34,415 bases of DNA from a virus (taxonomy: Duplodnaviria; Heunggongvirae; Uroviricota; Caudoviricetes), in IMG/VR virus record IMGVR_UViG_2740892426_000006; one strand, given 5' to 3'. Below are positions 7,981 to 16,668 of this stretch, one piece after another. The notes beneath the pieces were generated by a model, which worked only from the letters and a program-made list of their open reading frames with translations, had not been told where the DNA came from and searched no databases. Both the position numbers and the translations under genes were made by a program. The number at the start of each line of letters is the position of its first letter. Positions within the stretch are counted from its first letter, which is position 1.

Positions 7981-8469
7981 ATGAGTCTTTTGAATGACGT
8001 TCAGAAATTCATTGAAGCCCATCCGGGCTGTACTTCCGGAGACATTGCGGATGCTTTTGCAGGTTACTCACGGCAGCGCGTTCTGCAGTCAGCAAGCAAG
8101 TTACGTCAGAGTGGGCGTGTGGCTCACCGTTGTGAAGGGGATACACGCAGACATTTCCCGCGCCTGACTGAGAGAGCGCAGGAGGCGGAACCGCAACCAG
8201 TTCGTGAAACCAGACCTGTGCGCAATTTCTATGTCGGCACTAACGACCCGCGGGAGATTTTGTGCCTGACCCGCCAGGCTGAAGAACTGGAGTCCAGGGG
8301 CTTATACCGTCGTGCTGCAACGGTGTGGATGGCGGCATTCCGTGAAAGCCACTCCCAGCCAGAACGAAACAATTTTCTGGCGCGTCGTGAGCAGTGTTTA
8401 CGGAAAAGCAGCAAGCGCGCTGTATCGGGTGATGAGTGGTATCTGTCAGGGAATTACGTGGGGGCGTAA
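7981..8469 (+). CDS. winged-helix protein with PerC/ANR-like C-terminal motif
   Basis: ATG at 7981 after AGGGGG. The C-terminal segment LESRGLYRRAATVWMAAF resembles my recollection of the PerC-family signature; not aligned. Confidence 0.4.
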   Translation: MSLLNDVQKFIEAHPGCTSGDIADAFAGYSRQRVLQSASKLRQSGRVAHRCEGDTRRHFPRLTERAQEAEPQPVRETRPVRNFYVGTNDPREILCLTRQAEELESRGLYRRAATVWMAAFRESHSQPERNNFLARREQCLRKSSKRAVSGDEWYLSGNYVGA

Positions 8470-8795
8470 TGACGACGTTAACTCAATGCCAGCAGCAGGT
8501 GCTGGATATGCTGATTTCTTATCAGAAAGAGCGTGGCTTTCCGCCAACCAATCAGGAGGTGGCAACCATGCTGGGATACCGTTCAGTGAATGCAGCGGTG
8601 GAGCATCTTCGCGCACTGGAGAAAAAAGGCGTCATCACGATAAAGCGTGGCGTGGCCCGGGGGATAACGCTTCATACCGCGGTGAAGGACGACGACAGCG
8701 AGGCGGTCGGGATTATCCGCGCACTGCTTGCCGGTGAGGAAAACGCAAGGCTGCGTGCAACCCACTGGTTACATGAGAGGGGCCTGAAAGTATGA
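8469..8795 (+). CDS. LexA N-terminal DNA-binding-domain-like protein without a peptidase domain
   Basis: MTTLTQCQQQVLDMLISYQKERGFPPTNQEVATMLGYRSVNAAVEHLRALEKKGVI parallels the E. coli LexA N-terminus; only 108 aa, so no S24 domain. TAATG coupling with the upstream gene. Confidence 0.6.
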   Translation: MTTLTQCQQQVLDMLISYQKERGFPPTNQEVATMLGYRSVNAAVEHLRALEKKGVITIKRGVARGITLHTAVKDDDSEAVGIIRALLAGEENARLRATHWLHERGLKV

Positions 8796-9181
8796 AGCTG
8801 ATCCTGCCTTTTCCGCCCAGCGTGAACACGTACTGGCGACACCCCAACAAAGGGGCGTTTGCAGGTAAGAGCCTGATAAGCGCGGCGGGGCGCAAATTCC
8901 AGAGCGCGGCGTGTGCAGCAATAGTTGAGCAGTTACGTCGTCTGCCAAAACCAACGTCGGCACCTGCTTCAGTGGAGATCGTGTTGTTTCCTCCGGATAA
9001 CCGGATCCGCGATCTGGACAACTATAACAAGGCGCTGTTTGACGCCCTGACCCACGCGGGTGTGTGGGAAGACGACAGCCAGGTGAAAAGAATGCTGGTG
9101 GAGTGGGGACCGGTTATCCCGGAAGGGAAGGTCGAGATCACTATCAGTAAGTACGAGAAAACGGCGGGTGCAGCCGCCTGA
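8792..9181 (+). CDS. rusA: RusA-type Holliday junction resolvase
   Basis: 129 aa; N-terminus MKLILPFPPSVNTYWR and the DLDNYNKALFDAL segment match RusA from memory; ATGA coupling. Confidence 0.85.
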   Translation: MKLILPFPPSVNTYWRHPNKGAFAGKSLISAAGRKFQSAACAAIVEQLRRLPKPTSAPASVEIVLFPPDNRIRDLDNYNKALFDALTHAGVWEDDSQVKRMLVEWGPVIPEGKVEITISKYEKTAGAAA

Positions 9182-9200
9182 TCAAGAGGAGAAACGAAGT

Positions 9201-10010
9201 ATGAATAATCTGATGGTCATTGATGGTATTGAAGTTCGTCGTGATGCTTATGGGCGTTACAGCCTGAACGATCTGCATCGCGCAGCAGTAGCATCTGGTG
9301 CAAATGCCAGAACCAAGGAGCCGGGAAAGTTTCTTTCCAGCCAACAAACTGTTGAGCTTGTTCATGAATTGACCAACACCCAGAATTTGGGTGTTGACCC
9401 GGTGAGTGTGATTCATGGGGGAAATGAACGGGGAACTTATGTCTGCAAGGAACTGGTGTATGCCTATGCAATGTGGATCAGCCCGTCATTCCATCTGAAG
9501 GTGATCCGCACTTTCGACATGGTAACCAGCGCACCGGAAAAATTATCCGGGCAGGCTGCTGACAAGATGCAGGCTGGCGTGATTCTGCTGGACTTTATGC
9601 GCCGGGAGTTAAATCTGTCTAACTCATCAGTGCTTGGTGCCTGTCAGAAACTTCAGGAGGCTGTTGGCTTACCGAATCTGGCACCGCGCTATGCCATTGA
9701 TGCTCCTGCTGATGCACACGATGGCTCAAGTCGCCCGACACTGTCACTGAGTGCACTGCTGAAACAGTATGGTATACGCCTGACGGCTAATCAGGCATAT
9801 CACCAGATGGTGAAACTGGGGATCGTCGAGCAGCGCGAACGATACAGCCGTACCGCGATTAACAACATCAAAAAATTCTGGTCGCTGACAGCGAAAGGTT
9901 GCATGTTCGGCAAGAACATCACCAGTCCCGCAAATCCGCGCGAGACGCAGCCGCATTTCTTCGAATCCCGATTCCCTGAGCTGTTAAAGCTGCTCGATAC
10001 CGTTCATTGA
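9201..10010 (+). CDS. KilA-N domain protein (antirepressor-like)
   Basis: ATG at 9201 after AAGAGGAG; the N-terminal 100 aa look KilA-N-like. Confidence 0.6.
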   Translation: MNNLMVIDGIEVRRDAYGRYSLNDLHRAAVASGANARTKEPGKFLSSQQTVELVHELTNTQNLGVDPVSVIHGGNERGTYVCKELVYAYAMWISPSFHLKVIRTFDMVTSAPEKLSGQAADKMQAGVILLDFMRRELNLSNSSVLGACQKLQEAVGLPNLAPRYAIDAPADAHDGSSRPTLSLSALLKQYGIRLTANQAYHQMVKLGIVEQRERYSRTAINNIKKFWSLTAKGCMFGKNITSPANPRETQPHFFESRFPELLKLLDTVH

Positions 10011-10011
10011 G

Positions 10012-11007
10012 GTGACCGTGAGAGCACTACTGACCCCTGAAATTGCCCCGCGTATGGGGATCGTATTGTTCAGGCCAGGTTCAGAGCTGATGCCCCTGTT
10101 TATGCAGGGGCGTGTCCTGCTGGAGCCTGAGCCGGAGCGTTATTCATCTTTCGCCAGTGGTGCCGTTCCGGCGGCATCACAACCGCTGGCGGATGATCCT
10201 GCCGTTCGGGCCGTGTTCCGCAATGAGGCAGTGATCCGTCGTGCTGGTGGCGTGGAATGTCTTGAAAGCTGGTTACTTCGTGAAAAAGGCTGCCAGTGGC
10301 CTCATTCCGACTGGCACAGCGAGAACATGACCACAATGCGACACGCTCCGGGTGCAATCCGTCTGTGCTGGCACTGCGATAACCAGCTGCGCGATCAGTT
10401 CACGGAACGGCTGGAATCAATGGCAACGGATAACTGTGCCCGCTGGGTGTTGTCTGTTGTGCGTCGGGATCTCGGTTTTGATGACAGTCACGTTGTGACA
10501 ATGCCGGAACTGTGCTGGTGGCTGATTCGTAATGATCTGGCGGATGCCTTACCGGAAAGTGCAGCCCGTAAGGCACTGAGATTACCGAAGCCTGTTGTGC
10601 CGTCTGTTACCCGGGAAAGTGACCTTGTGCCTTCGGTTCCTGCCACCAGCATCATCCAGGATAAGGCGAAAAAGGTGCTGGCGCTGAAAGTGGATCCGGA
10701 GTCGCCGGAGTCTTTTATGTTACGCCCAAAACGTCGCCGCTGGGTTAATGAAAAGTACACGCGCTGGGTTAAGACACAGCCGTGTGCATGTTGTGGAAAG
10801 CCTGCTGATGATCCCCACCACCTGATAGGCCATGGTCAGGGTGGAATGGGTACAAAAGCGCATGACCTCTTTGTGTTGCCTTTGTGCAGAAAGCATCACG
10901 ACGAGCTGCATGCGGATACCGTGGCATTTGAAGAGATGTATGGCTCCCAGCTGGAGCTGATATTTCGTTTTATCGATCATGCGCTGGCAATAGGCGTACT
11001 GGCGTAA
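10012..11007 (+). CDS. nin-region protein with C-terminal HNH-like Cys/His motif (DUF968/YdfU-like)
   Basis: 331 aa; C-terminal CACCGKPADDPHHLIGHGQ...CRKHHDELH; sits immediately upstream of Q, as ydfU does in the Qin prophage. Confidence 0.55.
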   Translation: MTVRALLTPEIAPRMGIVLFRPGSELMPLFMQGRVLLEPEPERYSSFASGAVPAASQPLADDPAVRAVFRNEAVIRRAGGVECLESWLLREKGCQWPHSDWHSENMTTMRHAPGAIRLCWHCDNQLRDQFTERLESMATDNCARWVLSVVRRDLGFDDSHVVTMPELCWWLIRNDLADALPESAARKALRLPKPVVPSVTRESDLVPSVPATSIIQDKAKKVLALKVDPESPESFMLRPKRRRWVNEKYTRWVKTQPCACCGKPADDPHHLIGHGQGGMGTKAHDLFVLPLCRKHHDELHADTVAFEEMYGSQLELIFRFIDHALAIGVLA

Positions 11008-11020
11008 GTGGAGAACGAGC

Positions 11021-11773
11021 ATGAACCTTGAAGCCTTACCAAAATATTACTCCCCAAAATCTCCAAAATTGAGCGATGACGCACCGGCGACAGGCTCAGG
11101 TGGTTTAACGATTACGGATGTGATGGCTGCGCAGGGGATGGTGCAGTCGAAAGCACCGCTTGGGTTTGCCTTATTCCTGGCAAAAGTTGGTGTTCAGGAT
11201 CCTCAGTTTGCGATTGAAGGTCTGCTCAATTACGCGATGGCAATGGATAACCCGACATTGAACAAATTGAGTGAAGAAACCCGGTTACAGATCATCCCTT
11301 ACCTTGTGAGTTTTGCCTTTGCTGATTATTCCAGGTCTGCGGCAAGTAAGGCTCGCTGTGAGCATTGTGCTGGTACTGGATTTCATAGTGTATTGCGCGA
11401 AGTGGTGAAACACTCCAGAAGCGGGGAATCTGTTATCAAGGAAGAGTGGGTGAAGGAATTATGTCAGCATTGCCATGGTAAGGGAGAAGTCAGCACGGCT
11501 TGCAGAGGGTGTAAGGGTAAAGGCATTGTCCTGGATGAAAAAAGAACCCGGCTTCATGGCGCGCCTGTTTATAAGATTTGTGGGCGTTGCAATGGAAACC
11601 GGTTTAGTCGTTTACCGACCACACTGGCACGACGTCATGTCCAGAAGCTGGTACCAGACCTGACTGATTATCAGTGGTACAAAGGATATGCAGACGTCAT
11701 TGATAAACTGGTAACAAAGTGCTGGCAGGAAGAAGCATTCGCTGAAGCACAATTGAGAAAGGTGACGAGATAA
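11021..11773 (+). CDS. Q: late-gene antiterminator Q (QuuQ-type, 250 aa)
   Basis: 250 aa with Cys/His clusters (CEHCAGTG, CQHCHGKG, CRGCKGKG, CGRCNG); followed by a promoter/terminator module. Confidence 0.7.
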   Translation: MNLEALPKYYSPKSPKLSDDAPATGSGGLTITDVMAAQGMVQSKAPLGFALFLAKVGVQDPQFAIEGLLNYAMAMDNPTLNKLSEETRLQIIPYLVSFAFADYSRSAASKARCEHCAGTGFHSVLREVVKHSRSGESVIKEEWVKELCQHCHGKGEVSTACRGCKGKGIVLDEKRTRLHGAPVYKICGRCNGNRFSRLPTTLARRHVQKLVPDLTDYQWYKGYADVIDKLVTKCWQEEAFAEAQLRKVTR

Positions 11774-11802
11774 GTGATTTTCACCGAAGATGGCGACATG
11801 AT

Positions 11803-11838
11803 GCTTGCATTTCTCAAAAAATATGGATAAGATTTTCC
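11803..11838 (+). promoter_or_regulatory. candidate late promoter pR' (with qut)
   Basis: TTGCAT, 17-nt spacer, TAAGAT, directly downstream of Q; a short leader runs to the terminator at 11879-11910. Confidence 0.3.
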
Positions 11839-11878
11839 CAACGATGGGATTTGTATGTCTACCGTTGATGAGTCCAAG

Positions 11879-11910
11879 AACCCGCCGCCGAGCGGGTTAA
11901 ATTATTTTTT
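11879..11910 (+). terminator. rho-independent terminator (tR'-like)
   Basis: Stem aacccgc/gcgggtt with loop cgccga, then aaattatttttt. Confidence 0.55.
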
Positions 11911-11927
11911 CTTACACGGGGATATGG

Positions 11928-12458
11928 ATGTTATACCGAGATCTTTTGCCTATTTTCTCAGAAAGACCCATATTTAAAGCTCCTGAGGCTGAAAGAATAC
12001 TTCGTGAGCAATATTCTATCGCCGCCCCCACTCCTGTAATTCAGGAGATTTATTATGGATTGGCAGGTTATGACAGATTTCAGGAGCTTTATGGGGATCT
12101 TAATATTGACCAAATCGAATGGAAATTGATTGAACTTCCCACTAAAAATTTTTTAACTATCGGGGATAATGCTACTTACCCTGATTTTTTGCATGAGGTC
12201 GTTGAAGATTTCACAACCCGTAAAGGCGATGTATTTATGGATGATGAAATAAAAGCGCATTGGTGTAATTTTGGCACATGGTGTGAACCTCCATTTTTTA
12301 TAGATCGAGCTTTGCTGAAAAGTAATACAACAGGGCTTCATTTAATGGAAGGGCATACAAGAGTTGGAACCCTGTTAGGGGCAGTTAAGTATAACTTCGT
12401 TAAGCTTGCTAATACTCATAAAATTTATTATGCGCAAGCAAAAGAATGTATTAAATAA
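11928..12458 (+). CDS. AT-rich moron protein, 176 aa, unknown function
   Basis: Clean ORF immediately after tR'; markedly lower GC than its flanks; followed by a terminator. Confidence 0.5.
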   Translation: MLYRDLLPIFSERPIFKAPEAERILREQYSIAAPTPVIQEIYYGLAGYDRFQELYGDLNIDQIEWKLIELPTKNFLTIGDNATYPDFLHEVVEDFTTRKGDVFMDDEIKAHWCNFGTWCEPPFFIDRALLKSNTTGLHLMEGHTRVGTLLGAVKYNFVKLANTHKIYYAQAKECIK

Positions 12459-12495
12459 GTTGAGTGAAATTACTGTTTTTTTTTTAACAATACTT

Positions 12496-12517
12496 ACCGC
12501 GTTCTCGCGGTTTTTTT
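12496..12517 (+). terminator. rho-independent terminator after the moron
   Basis: accgcg-ttct-cgcggt followed by a run of seven T. Confidence 0.5.
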
Positions 12518-12640
12518 ATAAATTAAACATTGGTGCAGTACGGTAAACACGCTGGTGGTCGTGAATACTGACTTTTTATCTTGCTGGCTTTTTAGACAAG
12601 AGTTATTGGTATGTCATGTTAACCATGAAGGTAAAAAGAC

Positions 12641-12835
12641 ATGCTAAAACAGCAAGATATGACAGAAACGGCGAAAGTTGTTTTTAATGAATTAAACGGC
12701 AAACCGGCAACAGTCGGGGAGATAGCACAAAACACATACCTTTCACGCGAACGCTGTCAGTTAATACTGACCCAGCTGGTTATGGCGGGGCTGGCAGATT
12801 ACCAGTTCGGCTGTTACAGACGCCTTCAGCAATGA
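12641..12835 (+). CDS. small winged-helix-like protein, 64 aa
   Basis: AAGG 9 nt upstream of the ATG; helical, HTH-like composition; upstream of the methyltransferase. Confidence 0.4.
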   Translation: MLKQQDMTETAKVVFNELNGKPATVGEIAQNTYLSRERCQLILTQLVMAGLADYQFGCYRRLQQ

Positions 12836-12984
12836 AGGGCTTTTAATTTGTGAAAATGGGCGGCTGGTGGGTGTTGGTAGCACCTGCCAGCCATTCGCTC
12901 ATGCTTACTGGTCACAAGCGAACCATGGCCCACTGCTTTAGCGCAAAAGCAGAGTGAGCCTACCAGAGTTACGCTTACTGATCC

Positions 12985-14046
12985 ATGAAAAACACTGTAA
13001 AAATAAACAGTATTGATTTAATCAACGCTGATTGCCTGCATTTTATTCAGTCCCTGCCTGATGATTCCATTGACCTGATTGTTACCGATCCGCCTTACTT
13101 CAAGGTGAAACCCAACGGTTGGGACAATCAGTGGAAAGGGGACGAAGATTACCTTAAGTGGCTGGACCACTGTCTGGCCCAGTTCTGGCGGGTGTTGAAA
13201 CCTGCCGGAAGCCTTTACCTGTTCTGTGGGCATCGCCTGGCATCTGATATTGAGATCATGATGCGTGAACGTTTCAACGTGCTTAACCATATCATCTGGG
13301 CGAAGCCGTCCGGACGTTGGAATGGGTGTAATAAAGAAAGTCTGCGCGCATATTTTCCTGCCACAGAGCGCGTTCTGTTTGCTGAACATTACCGGGGGCC
13401 ATATCGCGGCAAAAGTGACGGCTATGTGGCAAAAGAAAGGGAACTCAAACAGCACATAATGGCACCGCTGATATCGTATTTCAGGGATGCTCGTGCCGAA
13501 CTGGGTATAACGGCAAAACAAATTGCCGAAGCCACAGGTAAGAAAAATATGGTTTCCCACTGGTTTGGTGCCAGTCAGTGGCAGTTGCCGAATGAGGCTG
13601 ACTACCGGAAGTTACAGGCACTGTTTTCCCGTATAGCGGCAGAGAAGTTTCAGGAACAACAACTGGAACAACCACACCACCAGTTGGTGGCATCTTATGA
13701 TTCACTGAATCGCAAATATTCTGAATTGCTGGATGAGTTTAAATCTCTCCGGCGCTATTTCTCCGTATCAGTCTCCGTGCCTTATACCGATGTCTGGATG
13801 CATAAACCCGTTCAGTTCTACCCGGGTAAACATCCGTGTGAGAAACCGGCGGATATGCTCAGGCAAATAATCAATGCCAGTAGTCGACCCGGCGATCTGG
13901 TTGCTGATTTCTTTATGGGATCCGGTTCCACAATAAAAGCAGCAATGGCGCTGGGGCGTCGGGCGTTAGGTGTTGAGCTTGAGACAGAGCGGTTTAATCA
14001 GACCATCCAGGAAATCAGTATGTTATCAGCAAATACAATTTTGTGA
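12985..14046 (+). CDS. orphan DNA methyltransferase (N6-adenine/N4-cytosine class; motif IV precedes motif I)
   Basis: DLIVTDPPY (motif IV) near the N-terminus and FFMGSGST (AdoMet-binding motif I) near the C-terminus; no restriction endonuclease gene adjacent. Confidence 0.8.
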   Translation: MKNTVKINSIDLINADCLHFIQSLPDDSIDLIVTDPPYFKVKPNGWDNQWKGDEDYLKWLDHCLAQFWRVLKPAGSLYLFCGHRLASDIEIMMRERFNVLNHIIWAKPSGRWNGCNKESLRAYFPATERVLFAEHYRGPYRGKSDGYVAKERELKQHIMAPLISYFRDARAELGITAKQIAEATGKKNMVSHWFGASQWQLPNEADYRKLQALFSRIAAEKFQEQQLEQPHHQLVASYDSLNRKYSELLDEFKSLRRYFSVSVSVPYTDVWMHKPVQFYPGKHPCEKPADMLRQIINASSRPGDLVADFFMGSGSTIKAAMALGRRALGVELETERFNQTIQEISMLSANTIL

Positions 14047-14288
14047 ATTAATTCAATTATTGGTGGGATGTCTGTGCCGTATAATGATTACAGATACAGT
14101 GTATCCTGCAATGCAGCAGGGCTGATGTGGTGGGTTGTACATAGCCTGCAAAGGATTGGCTTCATTAATTCATCGTTGATACAAGCGAGTCACGGTTGAC
14201 CACGCCAACGGCTCATCGGTAAAAATCCGACACCGTGTCTTCTTAACTCACTTATTGTTTCCACCCATGTTTTTGGATACCTGCTGTA

Positions 14289-14326
14289 GCTGTCAGATTA
14301 GCGCGATAATCTGACAGCTTTTTTTT
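14289..14326 (+). terminator. strong rho-independent terminator
   Basis: Perfect 12-bp stem gctgtcagatta/taatctgacagc with loop gcgcga, then eight T. Confidence 0.6.
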
Positions 14327-14617
14327 ACAACGAATCCTTCTGATCTGCTTTCGCGGGGCTTTTTTGTATCCGCTCCATGCCCGGCGTATAAGCGGAGGTT
14401 GGTCAGTTTTCTAAAAATTGAAATACCTCACAATTCAGCCAGTTAATGGTTGTTTGTCTGGCGAAGAGTTTGTAAATAAAAAAACGCATGGTGAATCCCC
14501 CTAAGCGGCGGGGCGAATCAGCAGTCAGTTCTGGGATAATCGCGGGTTCGTATGCTGATGCCGGACTCACCGGGAGGCACCCGGCACCATGCATCATGGT
14601 CATCCCCTTGTATGATA

Positions 14618-14642
14618 CCCCTCTCCGGAGGGGTATTTTTTG
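14618..14642 (+). terminator. rho-independent terminator
   Basis: cccctc-tccg-gagggg hairpin followed by tattttttgg. Confidence 0.45.
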
Positions 14643-15073
14643 GATAAAAAAGCCCGCGCTGGGAGGCACGGGCGGCAAGGAATAAAACGTGAAGAAATTT
14701 TCACAGGCGCATAATAATCCGATGTTGCCAGATTTTGCAACTGCATCATCTGGTTATTATGTGAGCTGGAAAATCAGATTCTGTATGGACTGAAGCCATG
14801 CTGTTATTTAGGGCCAAAGAGCTGGCTTTTTCCCGCCTTCTCTCCAGTAACGATTAATGAGAAAAGAATGAAATGCTTTTCCTGGGGAGGAGGGCAGTAG
14901 AAAAAAGAACCCGCCAGCAAAAATATGGGGGATGAACAGCTTTTGCTACTCAGGTTGCTGGCGGGTATGGTTCTTCATGAAATAAGAATGTTACGCGGTA
15001 TTTTTAATGAAAATGATAATTATTGTCAATTGGTTGTGCGTATTTTTTCATACATGACTGGTAAAGGTGATTC

Positions 15074-15106
15074 AGGCCATCAGAGTTTTGCTGATGGCCT
15101 TTTTTC
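15074..15106 (+). terminator. rho-independent terminator just upstream of the holin (second tR'-like element)
   Basis: 10-bp stem aggccatcag/ctgatggcct with loop agttttg, then ttttt. Confidence 0.55.
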
Positions 15107-15138
15107 TTTCCGGTAGCACAGGTCTGTTGGGGCGGGAT

Positions 15139-15354
15139 ATGTATCAGATGGAAAAAATATCAACAGGCATTGCCTACGGCACCTCCGCAGGCAGTGCTGG
15201 CTACTGGTTTTTACAATGGCTTGATCAGGTTAGTCCGTCTCAGTGGGCTGCGATTGGTGTACTGGGAAGTCTGGTTCTGGGCTTTCTGACTTATCTGACG
15301 AATCTGTACTTCAAAATCAGAGAAGACAGAAGAAAGGCTGCGAGAGGAGAGTAA
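15139..15354 (+). CDS. S: phage 21-type class II holin (pinholin) with dual-start motif
   Basis: 71 aa [71 protein letters not shown]; Met1 and Met4 mirror the S21-71/S21-68 dual starts; two TM segments. Confidence 0.8.
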   Translation: MYQMEKISTGIAYGTSAGSAGYWFLQWLDQVSPSQWAAIGVLGSLVLGFLTYLTNLYFKIREDRRKAARGE

Positions 15355-15358
15355 TATA

Positions 15359-15703
15359 ATGGTCCAAAACTATGAAATGATTGTGAAAGGGATCCGCAAT
15401 TTTGAGAATAAAGTTACGGTAACTTTAGCATTACAGGACAAAGAACGCTTTGACGGTGAAATTTTTGACCTGGACATCTCGCTGGACCGTGTTGAAGGTG
15501 CCGCGCTGGAGTTTTATGAGGCAGCAGCCAGAAGGAGCATCAGACAGGTCTTCCTGGATGTTGCTGCCGGGTTATGTGGAGGGGATGAGCAGTCGCCGGA
15601 AAAGCGCCCCATAATTTTAGAGGCGCAGAGTGTGTGGATAACCTACAAAGGAAAACTGCCGGGAAGAATTACTGGTTCACTGAAGACTCCGCCGAAATGG
15701 TAA
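15359..15703 (+). CDS. hypothetical protein between holin and endolysin (YdfR-position)
   Basis: ATG 4 nt after the holin stop with a GAGAGGAGAG Shine-Dalgarno; occupies the slot of ydfR in Qin-type lysis cassettes as I recall them. Confidence 0.45.
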   Translation: MVQNYEMIVKGIRNFENKVTVTLALQDKERFDGEIFDLDISLDRVEGAALEFYEAAARRSIRQVFLDVAAGLCGGDEQSPEKRPIILEAQSVWITYKGKLPGRITGSLKTPPKW

Positions 15704-15941
15704 TTTCACCAGCATATTTTTCCTCCAGTAATACCGCCAGCCACTTGAAAGAATTTTGTTGTTGCTGGGACCATTTGGGATTGATTGATTCAAGCTGGAG
15801 CGATGCCAGTGTTGGTTGCATTTGTTCCTTGGGAATTGAGAATGCCAGATATGAAAATGCGACAGCAAGGGCATTTACATCATCCCGAAGCCTGGAAATG
15901 CAGTCGAGCAACTCCTGTAGAGAAATGGTGCTATTGTCCAT
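15669..15941 (-). CDS. hypothetical protein, 90 aa, convergent with the preceding gene
   Basis: ATG at 15939-15941 preceded by AGAGAGGA with 6-nt spacing; amphipathic helical composition; its 3' end overlaps the preceding gene by 35 nt. Confidence 0.4.
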   Translation of the reverse strand: MDNSTISLQELLDCISRLRDDVNALAVAFSYLAFSIPKEQMQPTLASLQLESINPKWSQQQQNSFKWLAVLLEEKYAGEITISAESSVNQ

Positions 15942-16046
15942 AAACAATCCTCTCTATTGTATTTAACTATTCCTTGCCTGATTCAACAGGCCGGGACAGA
16001 TAAACATATCCAGGGTTCAGAAACCGATAAATCCTGATAAATATCC

Positions 16047-16580
16047 ATGAACGCAAAAATCAGATACAGCCTGTCGGCTACTGTACTAGTGCTGATTGGT
16101 GCAGGCGCGTCTGCTCCTCAAATACTTGACCAGTTTCTGGACGAAAAAGAAGGTAACCACACAACGGCATACCGTGATGGTTCCGGCATCTGGACCATCT
16201 GTCGGGGTGCCACGATGGTGGATGGAAAACCCGTTTTTCCCGGTATGAAACTGTCGAAGGAAAAATGCGACCAGGTTAACGCCATTGAACGTGATAAGGC
16301 GCTGGCATGGGTGGAACGTAATATTAAAGTACCACTGACCGAACCACAAAAAGCGGGTATCGCGTCATTTTGCCCCTATAACATTGGCCCCGGTAAGTGT
16401 TTCCCGTCGACGTTTTATAAGCGGCTTAATGCCGGTGATCGTAAAGGTGCCTGTGAGTCGATTCGCTGGTGGATTAAGGACGGTGGGCGTGATTGCCGCA
16501 CTCGTTCAAATAACTGCTACGGACAGGTTATTCGTCGTGACCAGGAAAGCGCATTAGCCTGTTGGGGGATAGATCAGTGA
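16047..16580 (+). CDS. R: SAR endolysin (T4-lysozyme-like muramidase with N-terminal signal-anchor-release segment)
   Basis: 177 aa; N-terminal hydrophobic Gly/Ala-rich segment [15 protein letters not shown]; E..D..T catalytic spacing in [16 protein letters not shown]. Confidence 0.8.
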   Translation: MNAKIRYSLSATVLVLIGAGASAPQILDQFLDEKEGNHTTAYRDGSGIWTICRGATMVDGKPVFPGMKLSKEKCDQVNAIERDKALAWVERNIKVPLTEPQKAGIASFCPYNIGPGKCFPSTFYKRLNAGDRKGACESIRWWIKDGGRDCRTRSNNCYGQVIRRDQESALACWGIDQ

Positions 16581-16668
16581 GAAGAGTAGCCGCGATTATC
16601 TCCGCTCTGGTTATCTGCATCATCGTCTGCCTGTCTTGGGCTGTTAATCATTACCGTGATAACGCCAT

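Noticed and set aside
13018-13560. Minus-strand 180-aa ORF overlapping the methyltransferase
   Set aside because: Antisense to a gene with clear catalytic motifs; no start context.
14047-15138. tRNA genes in the Q-to-S intergenic cargo, as found in some Stx phages
   Set aside because: No GTTCGAATC/GTTCRANYC T-arm or cloverleaf-compatible segments were found by eye. A tRNAscan run would settle it.
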